A stretch of 63,706 bases of DNA, counting the filler, from Octopus bimaculoides (taxonomy: Eukaryota), in NCBI RefSeq assembly GCF_001194135.2. It is 7 parts of 7 records of this genome, joined end to end, with 100 filler letters (N's around TTAATTAATTAA, not from the genome) between each part and the next. Parts side by side here need not be neighbours in the genome. Positions count along the whole stretch, not along the records: positions 13,319 to 24,330 come from NC_068995.1; positions 24,431 to 32,304 come from NW_026427057.1; positions 32,405 to 40,212 come from NC_068999.1; 4 more parts are not named here. One strand, written 5' to 3'. Positions 24,001 through 35,315 of this stretch are shown here, piece by piece (position 1 is the stretch's first letter; every line of letters starts with the position of its first letter). The translations under genes were made by a program, and so were the position numbers. The notes below the pieces were generated by a model, which saw only the letters and a list, made by a program, of their open reading frames with translations, searched no databases and was not told where the DNA came from.

Positions 24001-24330
24001 AGCCAATCTCACCCAGAAATGGGCTGAGATGAAGCTGTCCCCGAAATGTTGAGCGGTGGTGGCAAATGCGTACATCGCTTGACTGCCGTCCCTTGCACTG
24101 TTTGTTGGTTGACCAAGCTGGTGCGCTTACTCTTCCACTTTCTGTGGAAGGGGCGCGTTCCACTGGTCGGGCGCTCCATCTACCGACAACAGCATGCCGT
24201 GGTTGCTGATGCGCAGACATGCGCTGAGGTTGCCGCATCTCCAGCGTTTCCTTGACGGTGAGCAGGTATGGTCACGGTTTGTAAGAGACACTTTCCCACA
24301 GCTCGTCTCTTTTACTCCGCCAGGCGGGCA
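21050..24330 (+). mobile_element. L1/Tx1-clade LINE pseudogene (ORF1 remnant, endonuclease, RT), running into a gap
   Basis: EWQTVPPK ORF1-like motif, DVAAISEC, DPEGKLV, YTDHKYV, GPSYWKLNTSLL, SPGLDGLPFELY, NFRPITLLN, GCPLSPLLY, AYADDVTV. Multiple frameshifts and stops. Confidence 0.9.
21058..21182 (+). repeat. Degenerate 21-bp tandem repeat (ACCAACACCAGTCGGAGTACA) in the LINE ORF1 remnant
   Basis: About six units encoding TSRSTTN-like repeats. Confidence 0.8.
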
Positions 24331-24712
24331 NNNNNNNNNNNNNNNNNNNNNNNNNNNNNNNNNNNNNNNNNNNNTTAATTAATTAANNNNNNNNNNNNNN
24401 NNNNNNNNNNNNNNNNNNNNNNNNNNNNNNTATTTTAACGAGCAATATTTATTTATCACCCGACGAGATACATCTCCACCGCCGGGTGCTCCTGAACCAG
24501 ATGTTGAGTGTCCCACCCATGAGGAATCGACGCTAGATGTGTTGAAACAATTGTCGTGATTAATAATAAATTCTTGTACATTCCATCTTTCGTCTTTCAT
24601 TTGCCATATATAGAGATATATATCTGTGTGGGTGTGTGACTCACTGCGCTACTTGGTTACGAAGCAGTGGTGAGATCACGTACTTTCTAATTGTTTTAAT
24701 ATACCGGAATCT

Positions 24713-25613
24713 ATACATCTCAAAAGATTTCAGAACTAGTTTTGTTTAATAAAAAGCAACTTATTTACCTAAGCTTTTAAACGTCAGTCCCTTCGAAATA
24801 GTCGCATTGTGCAGCAATACACCAGTCCCAGCGTTCCTGTCCCTTTTGGAATCCGGTTAGGAGGTCGTTTTCCGTAAGCGAGTCGAGGATCTTCAGCGAT
24901 TCGCATTGGATCTCGACAACGGCGACCTTTGAGCTTTATTTTCTTCTTGGAGAAGAGATAGAGTGCTAAGTTTGCTGAATAGAGCGGGTGTGGAAGTGAT
25001 ATTAAGTTGCTTTTGGCAAGAAACTCATGAATGAGGAGAGTTCGGTGACAGTGTTCATTGTCATTGTGAAGAATCCAGTTCTTTCTACTCCACCGATCCG
25101 GTCGCTTTCACCGAATGTCCTGCATCAAACGGTTCAAAACTTCGCAGTAGAGCTCTCGATTAACGGCCTGGCCCTGGGGGACGAATTTTTGATGCACGAT
25201 ATCACATTTCTGAGAGTGAAACTCATAGCAGATCTTACAGATCGCTCATCGTCTTCCAAGAATGTTCTTCTGTTTTGAAGCACTCATGCCACCTGAAACA
25301 TTCCGAAAAACACATTACCTTGTCGCCGAAGCTTACCCAAGTATGTTCAATGTCTTTGTAGCAGATTTCCAAAGTTTAACACAAAACTTCACGTTGGTCC
25401 TTTTCCAACTTCATGTCCATGACAAAAACCACAGGCCACAGCACGCATGTGATCACAAAAAACACAAATTTCACAACTTACGAAGTAAAAACAAGGATGT
25501 CACTCGGTACACTGCCTCGTGATGGTAATTGCTAGCTCTCACTGCGCATGCAATCGTGTGTTGCCATCTGTTGGCACGCTACAGAACTAGTCCAGGAACT
25601 TTTTGAAACCACT

Positions 25614-25618
<5 letters not shown>
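24713..25618 (-). mobile_element. Internally deleted mariner element (different family from the 18066 copy)
   Basis: Left TIR TACGAAGTGGTTTCAAAAAGTTCCTGGACTAGTT with a degenerate counterpart near 24713-24742. Decayed N-terminal FRWH...F and C-terminal HEFLAK...YFEG remnants. Confidence 0.7.
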
Positions 25619-25655
<37 letters not shown>

Positions 25656-26408
25656 ACACACACACAGGCATTCAAACATTCACATTTATAAACATGTGTA
25701 GGCTTGTATGTATGTGTAGATGTGTGTGTGTTTCTTGGTGTGTCTCAGTGTGTGAGGGTGTGTGTGCATATATGTATGCGTGCGCACTTTTCAGATGTGA
25801 TTTCCATGTATAAGGAACAATAGAAAATCAGCCATGCTTGAGAGATATAAAACATTTATTTCTATACAAGACAACAGAGTGCTAGGTGGTGGTGATATTG
25901 GTGATGAAGTAAACAGAGAGGGAGAGAGAGAGAGGAAGAGAGGGGAAGAGAGAGAAAGAGAGAGGAGGAACGTGTGTGTGAGAGAGAGAAAGCAATTGAA
26001 TAGGGCGGGGAAGAGATTGAATAGGGTGGGAAACAGATGCATATGCAGTCTGTATGAGACTAGTCGACGTCAATATTCATAAAATTTTCATCGTATGTTT
26101 TAAACAGAACAGCAACAGTTGTGCAAGCTGCACTATTTAGGATATTCTGGACAGAAAGACATCAGGTTGAAATTTATACCCAATTTTTTAACTCTGGTAA
26201 ATATTGCTGCAATAATTATTTTAATTAACAATTTACTAATACATTTACATCAGTAAACATTCAATAGAACCATTTCAGATATAAATATACTGTTGTATGG
26301 AAATTTGCTTTATTTTCAGTTTAGATACTGTCAAATCATTTTATAGCGTTACATTACATGTAGAACATTTCATCCACAAATTTTGTGTCTTGGGAGGGTC
26401 ATTCCACC

Positions 26409-26460
<52 letters not shown>

Positions 26461-26461
26461 T
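26409..26461. repeat. (AAT)n microsatellite
   Basis: Directly visible. Confidence 0.95.
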
Positions 26462-26557
26462 ACACACTGGTTCAATATCAACAGAATATAATATAAAGTA
26501 AAGTTTGGTTATGACTATGGAAAAACTATCTGAAGGAAACTAAAGGAATGAACATAT

Positions 26558-26945
26558 TCATGGCTGCGTGGTAAGAATCTCGCTTCCCAACCATATGGTT
26601 TCGTGTTCAGTCTCACTGTGTGGCACCTTGGGTAAGTGTCTTCTACTATAGCCTCGGCCCGACCAAAGCCTCGTGAGTGGATTTGGTAGAAAGAAGCACG
26701 TCTTATTTATATATGTATACATATGTGTGCGTGTGTGTATGTGTTAGTGTTTGTTCCCACCCAACGCCATCGCTTGACAACCGATGTTCGTGTGTTTGCG
26801 TCCCCGAAACTTCGTGGTTCGGCAAAAGATACTTATAGAATAAATACTAGACCTACAAAGAATAAGTCCTGGGGTCGGTTTGCTCGACTAAAAGCAGTGT
26901 TCCAGCATGGCTGCAGTCAAAATTACTGAAATAAGTAAAGGAATA
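26558..26945 (+). mobile_element. SINE family A (tRNA-like head, CORE-like CACCTTGGG(C/T)AAGTG motif, central (TA)/(TG) tract)
   Basis: Collinear with the copies at 10373, 28335 and 49868. Confidence 0.85.
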
Positions 26946-27777
26946 AACGAATAATAATACAGTATTTTTGGTGGTTTGCAGTGAATTTCTAAATCTCAAG
27001 AAAAATTTAATATTTGCAAATTAATTTTACGGCTGTAAAATTGTTTTGTTATACTTCGTTACATTATATGCTTAAAGAGAGAGGGAAGGGCCCTGCCTAT
27101 GGCCCTTTGTTTTTCCAGGATGTCTATGACTGTTGGGTATGAGGAATATATGCTCTACTATGAATGCATACAACAGAGAAATTTTCTGTTAAGAAGAGCT
27201 CAAGAACTAGGTGATAATATTAAAATAAACGATAAATAAGCCGATCGTGGCTAAAGTAGGCTAAAGTGGGACTTGAACTAAGATTATAAAGACACAGAAT
27301 GAACATCGCAACGCATATTTTCCAATGTCTTATGATAACATAAGAGACTGACGCCTTGTACTGGTATTTTATTTATCGACCCCTAAAGGATAAAAAGTCG
27401 ACCTCATAGGGATTTGAACCAAGAGGGGACAAATAAGACAAGTTACACTCTGCGATATTCTACGACTCTACTCTTCTTTCAATTAATGAACTTTTTAAAA
27501 CAGATTTTTATTTTAATACTAAAAATTGAATATAAATGTAATTATTTTGGTAATTTATATATATATCTTGCAACAGAAAGAAATGTTTAAATATGAAACG
27601 ATTTGGAGACAACACGCACACACACACACACATACACTTATATTTGTGTTTATTTTCTCATATTCTATAAACTATAAAACATATCCATAATTTCCATTAC
27701 TTTTATAGGAAACTAGAAATGTTATATGTTTTTAAGCTATGAATAAATTATTTGATTAATTTCAAGGAATAACTGTA

Positions 27778-27814
<37 letters not shown>

Positions 27815-28219
27815 CGTGTGTGTGCGTGTGTGTGTGTGTGTATATATATATATATTGATACATATTTTGGGAATTTGAAATTTCGATGAAAATTCAAAAT
27901 TTGTAAGTCAATTTTACAAATATGAACTTTGTTTTCTTTATATACTTATAATTTCTACAACAAACCCCTACCTTTAGCTAAACAATCAAATACTTTAAAT
28001 CAATGTTTATGTTTATTATTCAACATTGATTTGATTATTTTGGTAATTAAGTTGGTATATTTCATGAAGTAAACGAGGAGGATTGTTTAAATTTCAGATA
28101 CACCAATGAGCATACACCCGTGATTTAATTGCTAATACTTGGCCAACGTAAGACCTGCCTATGTTTCTCTAATGACACTCTCTCAAACAATAATATATTC
28201 ATAGAAATCAAACAGTAAT

Positions 28220-28306
28220 GCCCGAACGAGCTTCAGTGGTCTGGCGTGAAGGCTTCAAACCTGTAGCTGACTGACGGCAGAGTGGTTCAATTCCACCTTT
28301 CGGGCG
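28220..28306 (+). tRNA. tRNA-Sec: Selenocysteine tRNA (anticodon TCA), functionality uncertain
   Basis: 87 nt, GCCCGAACGA...GGCTTCAAACCTGTAGCTG...GTGGTTCAATTCCACCTTTCGGGCG. By-eye alignment to my recalled human tRNA-Sec gives 77/87 identity. 9-bp acceptor and 4-bp T stem, long variable arm, TCA at 28255-28257. AT-rich TATA-like element near -30 and TTTT at 28326-28329. Confidence 0.92.
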
Positions 28307-28334
28307 AAGGACCTCGCAGGTCATATTTTGTTAG

Positions 28335-28504
28335 GCGCAGGAGTGGCTGTGTGGTAAGTAGCTTGCCTACCAACCACGTGGTTCCGGGTTCATTCCCACT
28401 GCGTGGCACCTTGGCCAAGTGTCTTCTACTACAGCCTCGGGCCGACTAAAGCCTTGTGAGTGGATATGGTGGACGGAAACTGAAAGAAGCCCGTCGTATA
28501 TATG

Positions 28505-28559
<55 letters not shown>

Positions 28560-28890
28560 NNNNNNNNNNNNNNNNNNNNNNNNNNNNNNNNNNNNNNNNN
28601 NNNNNNNNNNNNNNNNNNNNNNNNNNNNNNNNNNNNNNNNNNNNNNNNNNNNNNNNNNNNNNNNNNNNNNNNNNNNNNNNNNNNNNNNNNNNNNNNNNNN
28701 NNNNNNNNNNNNNNNNNNNNNNNNNNNNNNNNNNNNNNNNNNNNNNNNNNNNNNNNNNNNNNNNNNNNNNNNNNNNNNNNNNNNNNNNNNNNNNNNNNNN
28801 NNNNNNNNGTCGATTTGCTCGACTAAAGGCGGTGCTCCAGCATGGCCTCAGTCAAATGACTGAAACAAGTAAAAGAGTAAAGAATAAAAC
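28335..28890 (+). mobile_element. SINE family A, young copy spanning an assembly gap
   Basis: Head GCAGGAGTGGCTGTGTGGTAAGTAGC...GGTTCCGGGTTCATTCCC; the tail resumes at 28809. Confidence 0.85.
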
Positions 28891-28944
28891 AAGTGAAAAA
28901 TTAATATACAAACAGTAATACAAGTAAAAGTTTAAAAATACAGC

Positions 28945-29078
28945 AGGGCCCCTACCTGAACCCTGTGGAACTTTTGGTGTTTTCGCTCAATAAACACTCA
29001 CAACGCCCGGTTTGGGAATTGAAACCGCGATCCTATGTCCGCGAGTCTGCTGCCCTAAACACTGGGCCGTTGCGCTTC
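28945..29078 (-). mobile_element. SINE family B 5' fragment
   Basis: Reverse complement of the head at 40808 and 56087. Confidence 0.75.
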
Positions 29079-29774
29079 CACCAATGGACACTAAAAAACC
29101 TAGTCAAGTACTGAAGTAGATTTGTCATGATGGTTGTGTTCATCTTGTTCTTCTTCGTCCTCTACCACTTCTCCCTTTCTGTCGAAGACATTGGCAGGGG
29201 CTACACATATAGAGAGAATGACTCCTCTAGAATTTAAAATGTTTTAAACACACTAATATAATTACAACGCCATTAATACACACACATAACTATCAACATG
29301 ATCACTTTTAATGAACTCTTTTCCATGCTTCCATGGGTCATCGGAATAGTTATTCTGCCTGTTTCTCTCTCACTCTTCGCCTTATCTTCTTTTCCTCTCT
29401 CCTTTTTTCCTTTCTGCTCCCTTTCCCTTTAACTAATTACGTGAAAACGTTATAATTACATTCTCTCTACCTCATGTCAAGGACGCTTCTCTCACTCCCT
29501 GTTTTTCTCCTTCCCTGTTTTTTTCACTCCTAACTTTTCTTTCTCCTTCTTCCTCTATAATCGCGTGAAAGCGTTACCGACGGGCTAAGTAACGCAAGGA
29601 CAAGCAGAACTATTATAAGATGTATGCAGGAAAAATGAAACATATGGTGATGAGGGGTTTACACAGAGACAGTGAATGTGTGTATATATGAGAGAGAAAG
29701 AGAAAGAGATGAGAACAAAGGTGATATGAAGGATGTAAAACAGGAGTGGTAGAGTTGTTATTGCTGTTGGTATT

Positions 29775-29912
29775 GGTGAGCTAACAGAATCGTAGCATGC
29801 AGGGCAGAATGCTTAGCGGCATTTCGTCCGTCGTTACGTTCTGAGTTTATATTCCGTCAATGCCGACGTTGCCTCTCATCGTTTCGATGTTGATAGATTA
29901 AGTACCAAGTTA
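29775..29912 (+). mobile_element. SINE family C fragment, diverged
   Basis: GGTGAGCTAACAGAATCGTAGCATGC...ACGTTCTGAGTT matches the 44955 and 60955 copies. Confidence 0.6.
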
Positions 29913-29924
29913 GCATTGCGCTTA

Positions 29925-29952
29925 AACTACTACTACTCTTCTTCTCCTCCTT

Positions 29953-29985
<33 letters not shown>

Positions 29986-30013
29986 CTTCTTCTTCTTCTT
30001 CTTCTTCTTCTTC
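29925..30013. repeat. (TAC)n/(TTC)n microsatellite adjoining a gap
   Basis: Directly visible. Confidence 0.95.
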
Positions 30014-30923
30014 NNNNNNNNNNNNNNNNNNNNNNNNNNNNNNNNNNNNNNNNNNNNNNNNNNNNNNNNNNNNNNNNNNNNNNNNNNNNNNNNNNNNNNN
30101 NNNNNNNNNNNNNNNNNNNNNNNNNNNNNNNNNNNNNNNNNNNNNNNNNNNNNNNNNNNNNNNNNNNNNNNNNNNNNNNNNNNNNNNNNNNNNNNNNNNN
30201 NNNNNNNNNNNNNNNNNNNNNNNNNNNNNNNNNNNNNNNNNNNNNNNNNNNNNNNNNNNNNNNNNNNNNNNNNNNNNNNNNNNNNNNNNNNNNNNNNNNN
30301 NNNNNNNNNNNNNNNNNNNNNNNNNNNNNNNNNNNNNNNNNNNNNNNNNNNNNNNNNNNNNNNNNNNNNNNNNNNNNNNNNNNNNNNNNNNNNNNNNNNN
30401 NNNNNNNNNNNNNNNNNNNNNNNNNNNNNNNNNNNNNNNNNNNNNNNNNNNNNNNNNNNNNNNNNNNNNNNNNNNNNNNNNNNNNNNNNNNNNNNNNNNN
30501 NNNNNNNNNNNNNNNNNNNNNNNNNNNNNNNNNNNNNNNNNNNNNNNNNNNNNNNNNNNNNNNNNNNNNNNNNNNNNNNNNNNNNNNNNNNNNNNNNNNN
30601 NNNNNNNNNNNNNNNNNNNNNNNNNNNNNNNNNNNNNNNNNNNNNNNNNNNNNNNNNNNNNNNNNNNNNNNNNNNNNNNNNNNNNNNNNNNNNNNNNNNN
30701 NNNNNNNNNNNNNNNNNNNNNNNNNNNNNNNNNNNNNNNNNNNNNNNNNNNNNNNNNNNNNNNNNNNNNNNNNNNNNNNNNNNNNNNNNNNNNNNNNNNN
30801 NNNNNNNNNNNNNNNNNNNNNNNNNNNNNNNNNNNNNNNNNNNNNNNNNNNNNNNNNNNNNNNNNNNNNNNNNNNNNNNNNNNNNNNNNNNNNNNNNNNN
30901 NNNNNNNNNNNNNNNNNNNNNNA

Positions 30924-31345
30924 TATAGGTTCCAACTCTGGCATGTCTGTGAATATATTCCTTCTTAGCCAGGACTGGGCAACCAGAGACAATATGATTT
31001 ATTGTTACTTCTCCATCACCATATATTTTGAAGTTTTCAGCAATTTTTCTTTTGTGCTTTTGGAAATTTCCTGAGCTTCTTGACCATTGTTGGAATTTTG
31101 GCTTCGTCTATTTACCTTCAGTTTAGCTTAAACTAATATTTGCTTTGTAAAGGCTTTTCTTTTCATCGCTCTATCACGATACCTAGTTGTTCCGGTCTTA
31201 GTTTGGATTTCAGTTGTTTTACAACTTTTGTTGTTTCTTCTTTTTCGTCGTAGATGTCAGGTTTTATGACTTCTTTCTTGTATTTTTCAGCTTCCTTAAA
31301 GACAGGAAACAGTTCCTTGTTTTGCTCGTGTTTTGATGCGAAACC
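30924..31345 (-). mobile_element. Decayed R4/Dong-like (RLE-type) non-LTR fragment
   Basis: Minus-strand pieces EKPLQSKY and LSLVAQSWLRR, resembling (frameshifted) the post-RT WxxKPLHG and HIxSGCxxLA motifs. Confidence 0.45.
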
Positions 31346-32404
31346 TACTATCTGTATGTCAGCGTGTCACGCTTTTACCACTCCTCTCGCACTATTCGTT
31401 GACACTTCTACTATTGCTCATGTTGGGGTGAGAGGAATAGTAGGCATAGAGATGGTGATGAGGACGGTGGCGAAGACAGAGAGAGAGAGAGTGAGAAAGA
31501 AAAGCAGAGGGAGAGAAAGAGAGTCAAAGAAATTTATGGAGAGTTGATGATATTTTATTAAAAGCAGTAGTGTTCATGGTGGCAGTGGGAGTAATAATAA
31601 GAGGGAGAGAGAAAATGAGTAGGTATGTGAGAGAACGAGGGACTGATCCAACATATTGAACTAACATACAGAACGAACACAGACATTAAGACTTTTTGTG
31701 GTGGTAATGTGGTTATAGTAATAGTATGAAATGTAGTTGTGACAGAGGCGGAGGCGACGATGATGATGATGGTGGTAGTGGTGGTAGTCGAGGTGATCAG
31801 GAATGCCGGTGAGAATAAGCGATGTGAAAGACAGTGGTGATGGTGGCGGAGAGGAAGGCGGCGAAGTCAAACTTATTGATGGTGATGGCATCAGAAGTCT
31901 GAATGGTGTGTGTATGGCAGATATGGTAGCGATGGTGGTGGTGGTACTGTTGTTTATCATGTAGCTTTGCAATAAGTTCCAAATCGACAAATTATATCAT
32001 GGATTTGATGAAAATTGTTCATTGCTTAAAAAAATATTGTTCACGTTCAATTAAATTCAATACGTACTCAATGCATAAATTGTAATTGTTGGGCCCAAGG
32101 CCTAATGAAGATCCCTCCATAGGAGCTAGCTTAGGGTGGCTTTTAAATTTGTTCTATAATAGTTTTCTATAGTTGTATAAGGCCTCTATCACCTTCAGTT
32201 CGTTGTGTATATAAAATTTGGCAGATTTTGGGTGGTGCATCCTAAATTCTGTCATTATTTTTCATGTTTTCATGTCTAGTTTGATTAATTCATTTAGAGT
32301 CCAGNNNNNNNNNNNNNNNNNNNNNNNNNNNNNNNNNNNNNNNNNNNNTTAATTAATTAANNNNNNNNNNNNNNNNNNNNNNNNNNNNNNNNNNNNNNNN
32401 NNNN

Positions 32405-32465
32405 GTGTGTCTCACCTTGCTAACTATCAGCCATTTTGTCTGATAGTTAGCAAGGTGAGACACAC
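32405..32465. repeat. Perfect 26-bp-arm hairpin with a 9-nt loop
   Basis: GTGTGTCTCACCTTGCTAACTATCAG (32405-32430) is the exact reverse complement of 32440-32465. Confidence 0.95.
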
Positions 32466-32485
32466 ATAAGAAAGAAGGAAACAAA

Positions 32486-32530
32486 GGACCACTGATGAGG
32501 TCACAGAAGTGTGACGAAAGAACTCTGGCC
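32486..32530 (+). ncRNA. Minimal type-I hammerhead ribozyme-like motif (Penelope-associated type)
   Basis: GGACCA-CTGATGA-G-[GTCACA gaag TGTGAC]-GAAA-GAAC-TC-TGGCC: core CUGAUGA/GAAA/UH, 6-bp stem II, tiny stem III, imperfect stem I. Confidence 0.55.
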
Positions 32531-32652
32531 GAAATAAGATTAAGATTAAGATTAATGTAATATAAAGCTGAAAAAAAAAAAAAAAAATTAACACCAAATA
32601 TACAGTGCGTGTGTTTTTATTGGCTAAACTGGCAATATGACCATCCCCAAGT

Positions 32653-32686
<34 letters not shown>

Positions 32687-33037
32687 GCACGCACGCACAC
32701 ACATATATACATATATGTTGTGTGTGTGTATGTCTGTATGTTCTCATCTGTATTAATCATTAACAATTTTCTTCTGAGGTAGGAGCTAGTTTCAAACAAA
32801 GATACAAAGTTCCATTATTGGAATGTAGGTAACAAAAAGAATATTACATTTTAAACTTGAGAAAAATCTTGCATGTTTTACTGTTCCACTAACAGATTGT
32901 ATTTGTAATATGCAAGTTAGTTGATTTCTTTTCCTGAAAATCCTGGATTCTCCAGATTGTCACACACAAAACCAAGTGCACCAATTTATAAATTTATAAA
33001 TTGCATTTGGAAGTTGGGGGTTTCAAAGCAGTTGTCC

Positions 33038-33068
<31 letters not shown>

Positions 33069-33099
33069 TGTATGTATGTATGTATGTATGTACATATGA

Positions 33100-35287
33100 A
33101 TAGCATTATTCAGTTTTATTTCAAGATTTCTTGCCAATAGAGAAAAGGCCGGTTTCTAACCTAGATCCAAGGCCTACATTGGAATTTCAACATCAACAAC
33201 AGGATATTTTTATATATATGTACGTATACGTGCAGATTTGTATGCTTTGTTTTATGTATGTCTTCTCATGTATATAGTTACATATCTTGACATGCTCATT
33301 CATATATACTTAAATGATAGACTTCTAGAAAGTTTTACAGATTTTTGCAGTTCCAGTGATGGATTGGATTTGTAGTCTTCCAATCAGCTTTTTCCCTTCT
33401 GGTTTTGAGGAACCCAATTGCTCAAGATTGGTATTTAGGCAGCGTGTTACATATCCTAGTGCACCAATAATTATAAGTATAAACCTGAACTTGTAATCTG
33501 GATAGAGTAACTGCAGATTTCTCAATAGTTCAGTGTAGGTATTCTTTTTCACTGATCTTCAGCTTTATGTTCACATCCACTGTGCAGCTGATTTCCACAA
33601 CTGTACAGTTTCTCTTCTCTATCACAAATCCTTATATCAGGTCTATTGTGTTTACAGTTTATTGAGGTCCTCATTGTGACATTCCACCAGTACTCCTTAT
33701 TATGAATGGTTATGGTTTCCACCATACCATGGGTTCTTATTTCTTTATCCTCAGGGTTATCTTTTTGACGGATCTTGTTACACAATGTCCTAGCTACAAC
33801 ATTATGTATCAGTAAATAATACCATGATGTGGGTGATATCTTCAGTATTAACTCCACAAAGTCTGCATTGATTGCCACAATTTGCTACTTTTCCAGCATC
33901 TCTGTCCCTCTTGTGCATCAGGTATTTGGCTGATATTTCCTGTTCCTGGATTGCAAATGCATATCCTTCAAAGTGTGAAATAGTAATCTGGTTGTTGGTC
34001 CATGATAGACTGCTTTGTCTACTATCATCTCAGAGCTTTCTACTAAGATATCTATGCATGGTCTTTTGCTCATATACACTCATCCTTTCATCTGATGATA
34101 TGTTGCAGTAGAGTCATGCAACTTCTTTGCTCAAAGAAATAACATGACGTTATCAGCCTCATGTATGCAAACTAGGTCAAAGGATGTGCTTTGACACTTG
34201 GTGGTTAAAAGATTTTGCCAAAGGGATATGATACTACATTGGAAGGCAGTTTGGATCGATGCTAAGCCTTTACCGCCTTGTTTTCATTTTAGGTAGAGGT
34301 GGTCTACATCACTGTTGATGTGGAAATCATGTGTGCTTGTTAGTATCTTCTGGGTTTTCACATCAAGCGTCCAGTCAAGCAGCCCAAATGTTGATATGAG
34401 TACTAGCACTGCAAATACATTGTGGACCACAGTTTTATTGAATGCAGAGAGTTCAGAGGTTGAAACTTTCTTTATTCAGCAATAATATTCTTTAGTGACA
34501 TGTGTTTTGTTACTGGTGCTAAATTAAGATATATTTTCATCCACCCCTAGATACCTGTAATATTCCTCATCAGATATAGGGAAAATAGTTAAGTCATTGA
34601 TGGAGATGCTGCTCGTTTGGTTCACAGTTTTCCTTCTTTTCACAATCATATAGCAATTATCCTGAACAAACTCCATCCTTTCAGAATGTTGTAACTAGAT
34701 CAAGGCTCTTTTTCATCTCGTGCATATTCTTTGCATATAGTTTCAAGTCATCCACAAAGAAACAGTAATTTTGGTATTTCTGTTTCCTTATGAACCAGTG
34801 AGATAACCTTCAGACTTCCTTAACATGAATGATAAGGGGTTTACAGAAATTATAAACAACATCACAGAGAATATGCCTCTCCTTGGAATATGCCTCTGCA
34901 ATACTGTATTCTATCATTGATAATACAGTCACTCTCTGTGATTAATTTCAAGCTGGTGGCCCATGATGTAGTCAGGTCAGCTATGGCTTTGACTATTCTC
35001 ACTGGAACTTTAGCAAGTTGAAGGCCTCTTAGCATCTATGAGTGGGGGACAGAGTCAAAGGCATTCTTGTAGTCTAACCACATTGAAACTAGGTTCCTTC
35101 TATGCTCTTTCACCTCTGACATTCCAGTTTTGTTTATTAACAATTGCTCAGTACATCCCCAGATTCCCTTCTTCCTAGCTCCTTGTTCTGCTATGATGAT
35201 GTTATTGCTTTCATAATGGTCTTGGAGGAAGAGGTTTAAACATGCTGTATATATCGTATACATTAAGCTCTGGCATGCAATTGGCAT
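33100..35287 (-). mobile_element. R4/Dong-clade non-LTR retrotransposon, 5'-truncated copy 1 (RT plus restriction-like endonuclease)
   Basis: WLDYKNAFDSVPHS (RT), HNVVAR...KHNRPDI and IIIGALG (RLE). Flanked by (TATG)n. Confidence 0.85.
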
Positions 35288-35315
35288 ACATATATATGTG
35301 TGTATGTATGTATGT

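Noticed and set aside
29916-30992. Long ORFs made of X residues (also 15580-16352, 28419-28918, 43067-44325, 52888-53628, 56643-56941)
   Set aside because: They are open only because they cross N gaps.
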